DNA from: Candidatus Thorarchaeota archaeon
GTDB lineage: Archaea > Asgardarchaeota > Thorarchaeia > Thorarchaeales > Thorarchaeaceae
DNA length: 60,401 nucleotides
Direction of reading: 5' to 3'
NCBI GenBank assembly: GCA_016933575.1
Contig: JAFGAR010000015.1
Location: 1 to 60,401 of the forward strand
Of this stretch, positions 7,665 to 16,012 are shown one piece after another (position 1 is the stretch's first letter; every line of letters starts with the position of its first letter). The translations under genes were made by a program, and so were the position numbers. The notes beneath the pieces were generated by a model. That model was not told the origin of the DNA and ran no database searches. It was given only the letters and a program-made list of their open reading frames with translations.

Positions 7665-9182
7665 ATGAGTTCAGAACGAGACTTTAACGATGTCATCATG
7701 GGTTTAGCAAAGAAGAGAGGGTTCTTCTGGGGTCCTAGCCCGGAGATATATGGTGGTAGTTCTGGATTCTATGATCTCGGTCCACTTGGCAAACTACTAA
7801 AGAACCGACTAGAGAACGCTATCCGGTCCTCGTTTGTAAAAGCCAACTTCTGGGAAGTTGAATGTCCCACGGTCTCTCCTGAGGCTGTCTGGAAGGCTTC
7901 TGGTCACCTTGACGGATTCATAGACCCTGTGACACAATGTACAAAATGCGAACAAGTATTCAGAGCAGACAATCTCATTATTGAACAATCTCCTGATGCC
8001 CAGATAGCTGGTCAAACTGTAGACCAACTCACCGAAACCATCAAGAAACTTGGTATTGTATGCCCTGCATGTAAGAGCCTCCTGGGTCCAGTTGAAACAT
8101 ACAATCTTATGATGAAGACAAGGCTAGGTCTCGTTCAGGATGCATATCTCCGCCCCGAAACCGCAACATCAACATACTTGCTTTTCAAGAGGTTCTTGAC
8201 CTTTTTCAGAGACAAGCTACCAATGATGGTCTTTCAGATTGGTAAGGCTTATCGTAATGAGATTTCTCCACGACAGGGAATGCTTCGATTGAGAGAGTTC
8301 ACTCAGACTGAGGGTCAAATATTCATTCTTGAGGAAGATGAGCAAAACTGGCCGCAGTATGATTCTATCAAGACTGTGGAACTTCCTCTCCTGTCAAACA
8401 TTGCTCAACAAAAGGGCTCTACACAGCCAGTTCGAATGAAGATTTCTGACGCTATCAAGAAGGGTCATTTTCAGAAACCTGCGTATGCATGGTGTGTGTA
8501 TCTTGCGTACTCTATATTCAGAGGTATGGGCTTTTCTGAAGAGAAACTACGACTTCGCCAACACTTGAAGACTGAGATGGCGCATTATGCGCAAGACGCA
8601 TGGGACTTGGAAATTCAAACACAGAGCTTTGGATGGGTGGAGTGCTGCGGTATCCACGACCGTGGTAACTATGATCTCACTCGTCATCAGGAATTCTCGA
8701 ACGAGAAGATGAGTGTGAGTGTGAATAAGCAACCTGTCATCCCAAATGTTCTTGAAATTGCATTTGGCATCGAGAGACCTCTATTCTGCTTGATTGACAA
8801 TTCTTTCCAACCTGAGAGTGAGGCTCGTGATACGGATTGGCTTCAGTTCCCACCCGAAGTAGCTCCGATTCAAGTTGCAGTATTTCCTCTGATGGGTAAG
8901 GATGAACTACTTCAACCTGCACGTGAGATTTACGATTCTATTATAGACGTAGGTTTCATTACGCAGTTCGATGTCGGTGGTTCGATAGGCAAGAGATATA
9001 GACGTCAGGACGAGGTTGGTACACCTTTTTGTGTCACTATCGACTATACAACTCTTGAGGATGGCACAGTTACCATTAGAGACCGTGACTCAATGAATCA
9101 AATCCGTGTACACAAAGATGACATTATCCAAGTGTTGAGAAGACTTATTCGTAGGTCAGTGCTCTTCGATTCTCTGAAGTAA
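7665..9182 (+). CDS. glyS: Glycine--tRNA ligase (archaeal/eukaryotic type)
   Basis: Motifs IYGG..GFYDLGPLG, YLRPETA, YRNEISPRQG..RLREFTQ, GSIGKRYRRQDEVGTP. Confidence 0.97.
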   Translation: MSSERDFNDVIMGLAKKRGFFWGPSPEIYGGSSGFYDLGPLGKLLKNRLENAIRSSFVKANFWEVECPTVSPEAVWKASGHLDGFIDPVTQCTKCEQVFRADNLIIEQSPDAQIAGQTVDQLTETIKKLGIVCPACKSLLGPVETYNLMMKTRLGLVQDAYLRPETATSTYLLFKRFLTFFRDKLPMMVFQIGKAYRNEISPRQGMLRLREFTQTEGQIFILEEDEQNWPQYDSIKTVELPLLSNIAQQKGSTQPVRMKISDAIKKGHFQKPAYAWCVYLAYSIFRGMGFSEEKLRLRQHLKTEMAHYAQDAWDLEIQTQSFGWVECCGIHDRGNYDLTRHQEFSNEKMSVSVNKQPVIPNVLEIAFGIERPLFCLIDNSFQPESEARDTDWLQFPPEVAPIQVAVFPLMGKDELLQPAREIYDSIIDVGFITQFDVGGSIGKRYRRQDEVGTPFCVTIDYTTLEDGTVTIRDRDSMNQIRVHKDDIIQVLRRLIRRSVLFDSLK

Positions 9183-9351
9183 ATCTCTGGCATGAAATAC
9201 TAGAAATTCTATAATTTTTGAATTAGAACATCATTATTGACAATGAGACTATACTATTAATAGAACTGGTTTCCGGTGGATTTATATTGCTCTACAAGTA
9301 ATAAAATTCCAGTGCCTTTACTGAAAATCGTGGTTTCGTGAGGACAGCAAA

Positions 9352-12300
9352 TTGGGACGCAAGGGCGTTCTTTCAAAGAGAAATGTGGTCTTACTATGTA
9401 CCACTTTTGTGACACTTGTACTTTCAATGCAGCTGGTAGCAACAACTGCATGGACAGCAGATGTTGCCAATGCTGGACCGGGAGTGACTATCGTTCAACT
9501 CTCGGATGACAGTGATTCTGACTGGGCGACGCAGGATCTGATTAGTCGTCTATCTGAGTTCATTCACGATGATATATTTTTCAGAGATAGAATCAGTGTG
9601 ATAAAGACTGACAACCCACATGTCGTTGTATCAATTGCTGACAATATTGTGATTTACGTTTCACATGGAGGTCCTCTTGGCATTGTCACAGGGAAACATT
9701 TGACAACCTGGTCCAGAATGGCGCAGATTGTGGAGAACTCAAAAGCATCAATTCATCTCTTCACCGCCTGTTCCAGTAAGAACATCATTAGACACGGGAG
9801 TGCTGATTCAACTAAGCAGCTCTACACTGTGCCAGGCGCACGACCCGCAGAAGTGACCAATGTCGAGATCACAACAACCGTCCTACTTGCTCTGGGATTT
9901 GATACAGAATATGCAGACCAGTATCGCACATCAGAACTGACCAAGGCAAAAGAACTCGTCGAGACTGGAAAGAGCGTTCACATCATGGTCTTCGAAGAGA
10001 TCATTCTGACCGAGATTGAGAATATTGATAATTCATACAATGAGACTTGGACTGATGATTTCAGGGTCTATCGCGAAGCTGTGGTTGTGACATATACCAG
10101 TACTGGAGATTTCTACTTACTACCGTATGATCTAAAGAATGATCTAATTCATTACTATAGGAATTTTGTTGATACTGATGGTGTTGACGCACTCAGAGAA
10201 CTCGGACAACTTTACATTACCTACACGAAGAACTATTACATCAACTCAACGTACACTGGTGAGGGATCATCCCAGCTCTTACCTGACTCACTTGAATTCT
10301 CTATTACAGAAAACAATGGTTTTAGTGATTATTATGAAACAGCACTATTCTTCACAAGCGGTGGGTGGGTAAATGAGACTCCAGTTTTCACTGGAGGGAC
10401 CTATTCGGGATGGTTGAAGTACGCGGGAGACCACATCGAGTTCCAACAGGTTGTGGTTAATGTCACTGCCAGTGGTTCAATACTTGCTGCAAATGAAACA
10501 ACACTGGTAGATTCAATCTCCCTGCAACAGATTGATGCAGGTGGTACATATCTACAGCGGCAAAAGATTGACGGTGTCTGGCAAGAGCCTTCTGTAGGTC
10601 GAAATCCAAGACGGACTGGCGGACTCTGGACAGATCCCGGTATCAAAGCTGACTATGAGTATGAGTCAGGATGGACACCTCCATTGGGGTACACCGCGAG
10701 CACAGGCGTAATTCATTCCAGTGGTGAGTACATCTATATCGACTCCATTCCCTCTGGGACTTCATGGCATGGACCCTCCTTTGTGAACACATTGCCATCC
10801 TATTTCAGAATGAACGATTTCGGAAGTTTCTCAGCGAATATCTCCATGGTTCATGGAACTGGTGTCAAGCTTGCCAGAGCATGCGTCACCCTCTATGATG
10901 AGAATAAGAAGGTCGCGATGGTTCTCATGATATCTGATGCCTCTGGAGACCGTCAGGAAGAGGCGTTTTATGCCTATTACTATCATGAAGATGGGACTGG
11001 TGCTGGTCTGGGTTCGCAGGTGTTCACTGGCGATACATCAGGCATTGTCCAGATTCGTTATGACCCGCATCAAGGGATTTATGCAGATGTTCCCGGAAAA
11101 GATGAAGTGCGCCTCTTCAAATGGACAGAGATCGACCCTGAACGGGTCATCAAATATGTGGCAGTTCACTGCTACCGCTACAGTTCGTATACACTGAATG
11201 ATGCGCGGTTTAACAGTATTCAGGTGAATTATGCAGGGTCTGAGTACACAGTTCTTCACGACAACTGCAATGATGTGAACAACTTCCACCTTGACGACGA
11301 TTTCGGGTATGGTACATATGCATACGGTGACCTCTACGTTCCTTCTGGGCAGAGCTACATGTCCTTTACAAACATCCCCACAACACCATCAGGTTGGCAT
11401 GGTCCTGATTATGTTCACGTTCTCGATAGGCCATTCAGGCTCTGTCAACTCAGCGAGTTCTCGGTCATTGGCGAGCTTGTTCAGAGCTACTCAACCATGG
11501 GAAACACCTACGTGGCACTCTTTGATGAGAATGAACAGATTGCGATGCTGGTGTACTGGGGCGATGCATGGGCCGGGAGTAAGAAGGGCTGGTTCAACGT
11601 CTATTTCTACCCCCAGAATGGCGGTTCTTACAGTCAGGAGTCCGGTTATATCTATACATCATTCTTGAAGACCGCGACTCTCTGGTGGGGGTCCTATCCC
11701 GGAATTGAGGGGTCAATCTATTCAAAGATCGACGGTACCTCAAAGCAACTTGGTCAATGCTATAATGCATCTCGTGTGATAAAATACGTAGTTCTCTTAG
11801 GCTATCGGTACTCACACTATGGTCTTGTGGATATGCGGATTCATGATATCAATGTTGTAGCGGACTTGAAGTGGAACCAACGTGCATTGGTGCTAACTGA
11901 TGATTGTGAAAATATGGATAACTTTGAGAACGACCCCACTTTCGGATGGGGCACGGTCTCAGCAGGAGAACTCTATGTTCCCTCCGGTCAGAGCTATATG
12001 ACCTCTACAGGTATTCCAACAACACCCTCTGGCTGGCACGGGCCCACATATGTCCACGAACTTGAGGCTCCGTTCAGTCTGTACAACCTCTACATGTTTA
12101 ATATTCATGCTGAGCTATTCCAGTACTACGACCAGCGGGGTCTCACAGAGATTGCTCTGTTTGATGTGGACAAACAACCTGTTCTGAAAATCTATTGGGG
12201 CGATTCTTCTGAAGAGATGCAGGGCTATTTCCATGTGGCTTACTACCCACAGGGTGGAAGCACGGTCTCCGATACTACCGGCTACATCTACACCTCCTTC

Positions 12301-13236
12301 TACCGGATCGGAGAGTTCCAAGTTGTTGGTGGCCATATGATGTACAAGATCAAGGACCAGAGCGGCACCCTCCAGAGCGGGGACATGGGGGCAGTGGCCA
12401 ACCCCTATCGCCAGGTCAAGTACCTTGCCATCCGGATGGAGCGCTACTCCGCTGATGATATGAATGAGATGCGCCTTCATGCCATCCAGTTCTCTGCTAC
12501 CCAGGAGACCCTGGTGCCGGTGCCGGAGGATAATGATGGGACTCTTGAGGGTAAACTAGATAATTGTGAATCTCAGGGATATGAATTAAGTGAATATTAT
12601 GCGAGCCAAGCTAATTCAGAATTACTCATTTATTGGACTGGACCATGGCCTGAACTGCACTTTCAAAGAAGTAGTCCAAGTCGTGAATCAAATACAGAAT
12701 TTCACCTGAAAGCAAATCTCATTCATGAAGTTACTCTATGCAGTGCAAATGAAGGCAATTACAACGAACCTCAAGGAGGTGAATTCTATAATGAGGTTGT
12801 GATTGAATTTTTGGTAATTGAATGCACTGTGTGTGCACTCATGTTTCTTGCTCTTCTTGCTGTTGATTGCTACCAAACATCACTTGGAACTAATTGGGTT
12901 GCTTTACTTGCTTCTGCGATATTAGCTACTTCAGCAATATTTAGTGGATTATTACTTTTGAAATATTTCTACGATTCTGGATTCGATATCGAATGGGTAG
13001 GTTCCATGTTCTTTTTGTTAGCAGTTGAAATGTTGACTTGGGCATGGGGTGATATTATCCTTTGGATCTTCATTGGGATGACTCTTGGTCTACTTTTTCA
13101 GTCAGTCAAGAAGATTGCTTTCAAGAACGCCTGTTCCGCACTTGATTTTCTCTGGATTAAGAAAATATACTTAACAACCGCTGCAGTGTTTTTCTTCATA
13201 ATGGCAGAATTATGCTATACACAGGGGTATTTATGA
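9352..13236 (+). CDS. Large secreted polymorphic protein: signal peptide, caspase/CHAT-like peptidase motif, three ~200-aa repeats and an exchangeable multi-TM C-terminus
   Basis: N-terminal basic then hydrophobic leader. IYVSHG (H105) and LFTACSS (C140). Three repeats with WHGP, (L/Y/F)D, IKY, RYS and D/E-x-R motifs. Sharp GC drop after PVPEDNDGT. Alternative C-termini lie at 1..5156. Confidence 0.9.
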   Translation: MGRKGVLSKRNVVLLCTTFVTLVLSMQLVATTAWTADVANAGPGVTIVQLSDDSDSDWATQDLISRLSEFIHDDIFFRDRISVIKTDNPHVVVSIADNIVIYVSHGGPLGIVTGKHLTTWSRMAQIVENSKASIHLFTACSSKNIIRHGSADSTKQLYTVPGARPAEVTNVEITTTVLLALGFDTEYADQYRTSELTKAKELVETGKSVHIMVFEEIILTEIENIDNSYNETWTDDFRVYREAVVVTYTSTGDFYLLPYDLKNDLIHYYRNFVDTDGVDALRELGQLYITYTKNYYINSTYTGEGSSQLLPDSLEFSITENNGFSDYYETALFFTSGGWVNETPVFTGGTYSGWLKYAGDHIEFQQVVVNVTASGSILAANETTLVDSISLQQIDAGGTYLQRQKIDGVWQEPSVGRNPRRTGGLWTDPGIKADYEYESGWTPPLGYTASTGVIHSSGEYIYIDSIPSGTSWHGPSFVNTLPSYFRMNDFGSFSANISMVHGTGVKLARACVTLYDENKKVAMVLMISDASGDRQEEAFYAYYYHEDGTGAGLGSQVFTGDTSGIVQIRYDPHQGIYADVPGKDEVRLFKWTEIDPERVIKYVAVHCYRYSSYTLNDARFNSIQVNYAGSEYTVLHDNCNDVNNFHLDDDFGYGTYAYGDLYVPSGQSYMSFTNIPTTPSGWHGPDYVHVLDRPFRLCQLSEFSVIGELVQSYSTMGNTYVALFDENEQIAMLVYWGDAWAGSKKGWFNVYFYPQNGGSYSQESGYIYTSFLKTATLWWGSYPGIEGSIYSKIDGTSKQLGQCYNASRVIKYVVLLGYRYSHYGLVDMRIHDINVVADLKWNQRALVLTDDCENMDNFENDPTFGWGTVSAGELYVPSGQSYMTSTGIPTTPSGWHGPTYVHELEAPFSLYNLYMFNIHAELFQYYDQRGLTEIALFDVDKQPVLKIYWGDSSEEMQGYFHVAYYPQGGSTVSDTTGYIYTSFYRIGEFQVVGGHMMYKIKDQSGTLQSGDMGAVANPYRQVKYLAIRMERYSADDMNEMRLHAIQFSATQETLVPVPEDNDGTLEGKLDNCESQGYELSEYYASQANSELLIYWTGPWPELHFQRSSPSRESNTEFHLKANLIHEVTLCSANEGNYNEPQGGEFYNEVVIEFLVIECTVCALMFLALLAVDCYQTSLGTNWVALLASAILATSAIFSGLLLLKYFYDSGFDIEWVGSMFFLLAVEMLTWAWGDIILWIFIGMTLGLLFQSVKKIAFKNACSALDFLWIKKIYLTTAAVFFFIMAELCYTQGYL
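10700..12500 (+). repeat. Three tandem ~200-aa intragenic domain repeats (~10700-11235, 11257-11865, 11896-12500)
   Basis: For example YVPSGQSYM...IPTTPSGWHGP.YVH occurs in repeats 2 and 3, and IPSGTSWHGPSFV in repeat 1. Boundaries are approximate. Confidence 0.85.
12221..12543 (+). repeat. Recipient homology arm in the full-length gene
   Basis: Matches 4834..5156, 1533..1695 and 3137..3177 (all inverted) and 13623..13688 (direct). Confidence 0.95.
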
Positions 13237-13237
13237 G

Positions 13238-13606
13238 ATGCAAATTGACTTTATACTAAGAACATCATTGTTTCTTCTAGCATTACTACCAGTAGGACTG
13301 ATTATTCCAACATATTTGGAAGTTGTCACTTGGTTTCTGGGTCGTAAGAGTATGCATGATAAAAATATCTTGAGTATATTCCGTACAAAATCAATTGTGA
13401 TCTGTATTGGATTAATTGCAATATCTATAGTGACCTATTATTGGTGGGGTGTTTTCTGTTACCAGTTCATTATGAGTCCCATACTTGGACTTGGCGCTCC
13501 AATGTTTTCAATCATGCTTATTATACCGTCATGGTTTTGTTTCGTTCCAGTCTTTCGAGAATACTACTCTTCAATAGAGAAAAGAACTAAGAATTCAACT
13601 ATGTAG
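13238..13606 (+). CDS. Small 3-TM partner (putative immunity) protein of the full-length gene
   Basis: ATG 1 nt after the TGA of the big gene (TGAGATG); 122 aa, AT-rich, hydrophobic. Confidence 0.8.
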   Translation: MQIDFILRTSLFLLALLPVGLIIPTYLEVVTWFLGRKSMHDKNILSIFRTKSIVICIGLIAISIVTYYWWGVFCYQFIMSPILGLGAPMFSIMLIIPSWFCFVPVFREYYSSIEKRTKNSTM

Positions 13607-13622
13607 ACATGGAGAATATCAA

Positions 13623-13688
13623 GCCATCCGGATGGAGCGATACTCTGGCTACACTATGAACGACATGCGCCTCCACACCACTAACTTC
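13623..13688 (+). repeat. Residual type A arm fragment with no C-terminal domain attached
   Basis: GCCATCCGGATGGAGCGATACTCTGGCTACACTATGAACGACATGCGCCTCCACACC encodes AIRMERYSGYTMNDMRLHT; the frame closes shortly afterwards. Confidence 0.9.
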
Positions 13689-13881
13689 AATGTTGGGAAT
13701 TCGATTTTTAGGCAGCTAAATCAAGAGTTTTGTCTGAAACATATCTCTTCAATAATTTAAACCTCGTCGAATTTTGGAATACCCTACATCAGCATAACAT
13801 ATTTGTGCAGCACTAGCACGTATGGAACATCCAGTTCGCGCTCAGTCCATATGAGATACGAGCATTTCGAGGTCGAGCTAC

Positions 13882-14616
13882 ATGGAAGATGAATGCACAC
13901 AATGGGAACGGCTTGCAAACGAGTTCCTGGAAAGAGAGAATTATAGCCAAGCAGCCAATCAATTCAAGCAGGCTGCAAGCTGTTACCTCGACCGTGTATT
14001 AGAAATGACAAAGAAGGCTGCAGAGTATTTCCACATGCATGCGGAGGAATGTGTTGACAAAGATGATCACAAAGCCGCGGCGATGGCCTATCTTGAAGCT
14101 GCAACCCAGTACAGACAAGTGAGTGATTTTTCAACTGCGCTATCACTCTATGAGAATGCAGCAAAGGAAGCTCTCCTTGAGAGAATGACTGAGACAGCAG
14201 CACAAGCATATCTATGGGCAGCCTACTCCTGTCATAAGACTGGAAATAGAGAGTATTTCTTGACTTGCGCTTTAAATATGGGAAACCTCTATGATAAGGC
14301 TGCAGAGAAGGCAATTGATAACGGAAATGCAGAACGAGCTGTGATTGACCTCTCACTAGCAGCAATGGGTTTTGCTACAATTGAGAAGATGGACAAGGCA
14401 AAAGAGAGAATTGACAAGGCTAAGAAGATTATCGACAAGACTAGATGGGAATGGCTTAGAACCCTTCTAGAATTCAGCGAGAATCTAGCTGATAATAATC
14501 TGGATGATGCAGATGAACTTTTGAGGATCTTCAAGGAAGAGGAAGCCATCCAAGAAGTAATGGGTGCTTGTCTGAGTATACGAGAAGAGATTGAGAGAAA
14601 GAAACGGAAGAGATAG
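13882..14616 (+). CDS. Alpha-SNAP/TPR-like helical repeat protein
   Basis: Repeated A-A-x-x-[YF]-x-x-A-A helices (QAANQFKQAASCY, AAAMAYLEAATQY, ALSLYENAA). Confidence 0.7.
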   Translation: MEDECTQWERLANEFLERENYSQAANQFKQAASCYLDRVLEMTKKAAEYFHMHAEECVDKDDHKAAAMAYLEAATQYRQVSDFSTALSLYENAAKEALLERMTETAAQAYLWAAYSCHKTGNREYFLTCALNMGNLYDKAAEKAIDNGNAERAVIDLSLAAMGFATIEKMDKAKERIDKAKKIIDKTRWEWLRTLLEFSENLADNNLDDADELLRIFKEEEAIQEVMGACLSIREEIERKKRKR

Positions 14617-14623
14617 TATTCTC

Positions 14624-15874
14624 TCAACCAACTCGTATCATGGCACTCTTAACGACTTCTTGACCAGTTCGTCCATCAACCGCTGTAATAGTGACTAGTT
14701 GTTCACCTTGCATTATAGCCTTTACAAATATCTGGAAATGCATACTCTCTTCACTACCTAGGAAGTTGATCGATTTCTCCTCATTTCCTAAAGAGATCTC
14801 TAGACCCTCAGATAGATTTGTTTTCACAGTGATATGGTCAGCAGGACCATCACCAATATTTTTCAACTCAACTTCGAGGATAGCCTCATCACCCAAACTA
14901 CACGAGACTCGCTCAGGAGTAACTTTCAATTCAAGATTAGAAGGTGCACGAGCAATTGTGAATTCGATGACATTGCTATGTTTATGCACCAAGACCTTAT
15001 CGCCCTCCAGAGTTACTGTGTAAGGACCAATAGTAGCACCTCCACTAAGGACTGGTGTGAACTCGATAAGCCAAGACTCATTTGTTGAGGGGCTCTGAGA
15101 GAATTCAGGTTCCTTTTTCATAACAATACTATTGCTGAGAGATACTCTATGGTCTACAACTCGTACCGGTGCAGGGCACTTGAATTGCAATTCCAGTTCC
15201 ACTGGTGTCTTTACAGGTGCTTCATTTTGAGTGGGTCCTGCCCATTCTAAGGTTACTTCAGTATCAAGTGCTAATCTTGTTGATCCAACAACAAAATCAA
15301 TCAAGGTTTGTTCAGAGGCTTTTGGTTTAGAATTACGAACTGTCTTTTCAAAATCCTCCTTAGCAACATCAGATCCTTCACATAGAATTCTCACACAGAT
15401 TCGTGCAAGCTCATACAAGGGGTCTATCTTGCTCGTAGAATCAGTCATCCTCTTCTCAGTCTTTCGCATCAAATTGGTTGCAGTATCGAAATTCCGAGCT
15501 CCAAGGTAGCCTAGGATAGCAACTCCTGATGAACGATTTGCATCACGAATTTTTTTCTCACGTTGTTGATGGTCTGAAGCTTCCGAATAGAGACCGCCAC
15601 CTTCATCATATCGACCTTCCACAAACAGACACTCTGCAGCAGCTATCTTCATCTCAGCGCTTCTGCAATGATTATTGTTCTCAAGAGCTGTATAGGCAGC
15701 TTCTCTGAAATATTTCACAGCAAAATCATACTGCTCAATCTCGATAAACAACTGAGCGGCTTTTTCATACTCAACACTTGCATATTGTGGATAGCCTTCC
15801 TCAATCTCAATGAGTGCCTTTTCTACATGTTTCTTAGCTTTTTTAGCAGGATCTGTTTTCAAGAATTTGAACAT
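14624..15874 (-). CDS. SNAP/TPR-like N-terminus fused to Ig-like (CARDB-like) beta-sandwich domains
   Basis: ASVEYEKAAQLF, AVKYFREAA; C-terminal LEVELKNIGDGPADHITV. Confidence 0.7.
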   Translation of the reverse strand: MFKFLKTDPAKKAKKHVEKALIEIEEGYPQYASVEYEKAAQLFIEIEQYDFAVKYFREAAYTALENNNHCRSAEMKIAAAECLFVEGRYDEGGGLYSEASDHQQREKKIRDANRSSGVAILGYLGARNFDTATNLMRKTEKRMTDSTSKIDPLYELARICVRILCEGSDVAKEDFEKTVRNSKPKASEQTLIDFVVGSTRLALDTEVTLEWAGPTQNEAPVKTPVELELQFKCPAPVRVVDHRVSLSNSIVMKKEPEFSQSPSTNESWLIEFTPVLSGGATIGPYTVTLEGDKVLVHKHSNVIEFTIARAPSNLELKVTPERVSCSLGDEAILEVELKNIGDGPADHITVKTNLSEGLEISLGNEEKSINFLGSEESMHFQIFVKAIMQGEQLVTITAVDGRTGQEVVKSAMIRVG

Positions 15875-16012
15875 CTATTCTAGCCTCAGGATTCCAAGTA
15901 AGAATGGAAGAAGGTGTAAAGGCTATATCGCTTTCGGATAAGAGGTCATGATATTAATCTTCGACCAATTCAAAAGGAAATCATCTATCTTTCATAACAT
16001 AGGTGCCATAAG

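Noticed and set aside
1595-12480. Similar antisense ORFs 1595..1813(+), 4897..5172(+) and 12115..12480(-) as a gene family
   Set aside because: They are shadow ORFs of the GC-rich arms on the opposite strand.
4834-12543. Composite transposon bounded by inverted repeats
   Set aside because: The repeats encode part of the surface protein. There is no transposase or target-site duplication.
109-13688. Diversity-generating retroelement (TR/VR pairs)
   Set aside because: No reverse transcriptase in the window. Differences between copies are not adenine-specific and many are synonymous. The variable part lies outside the repeats.
13690-13880. Missing 5' half of the HEPN gene on the minus strand
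   Set aside because: All three minus-strand frames contain stops, and I see no convincing HEPN motif.
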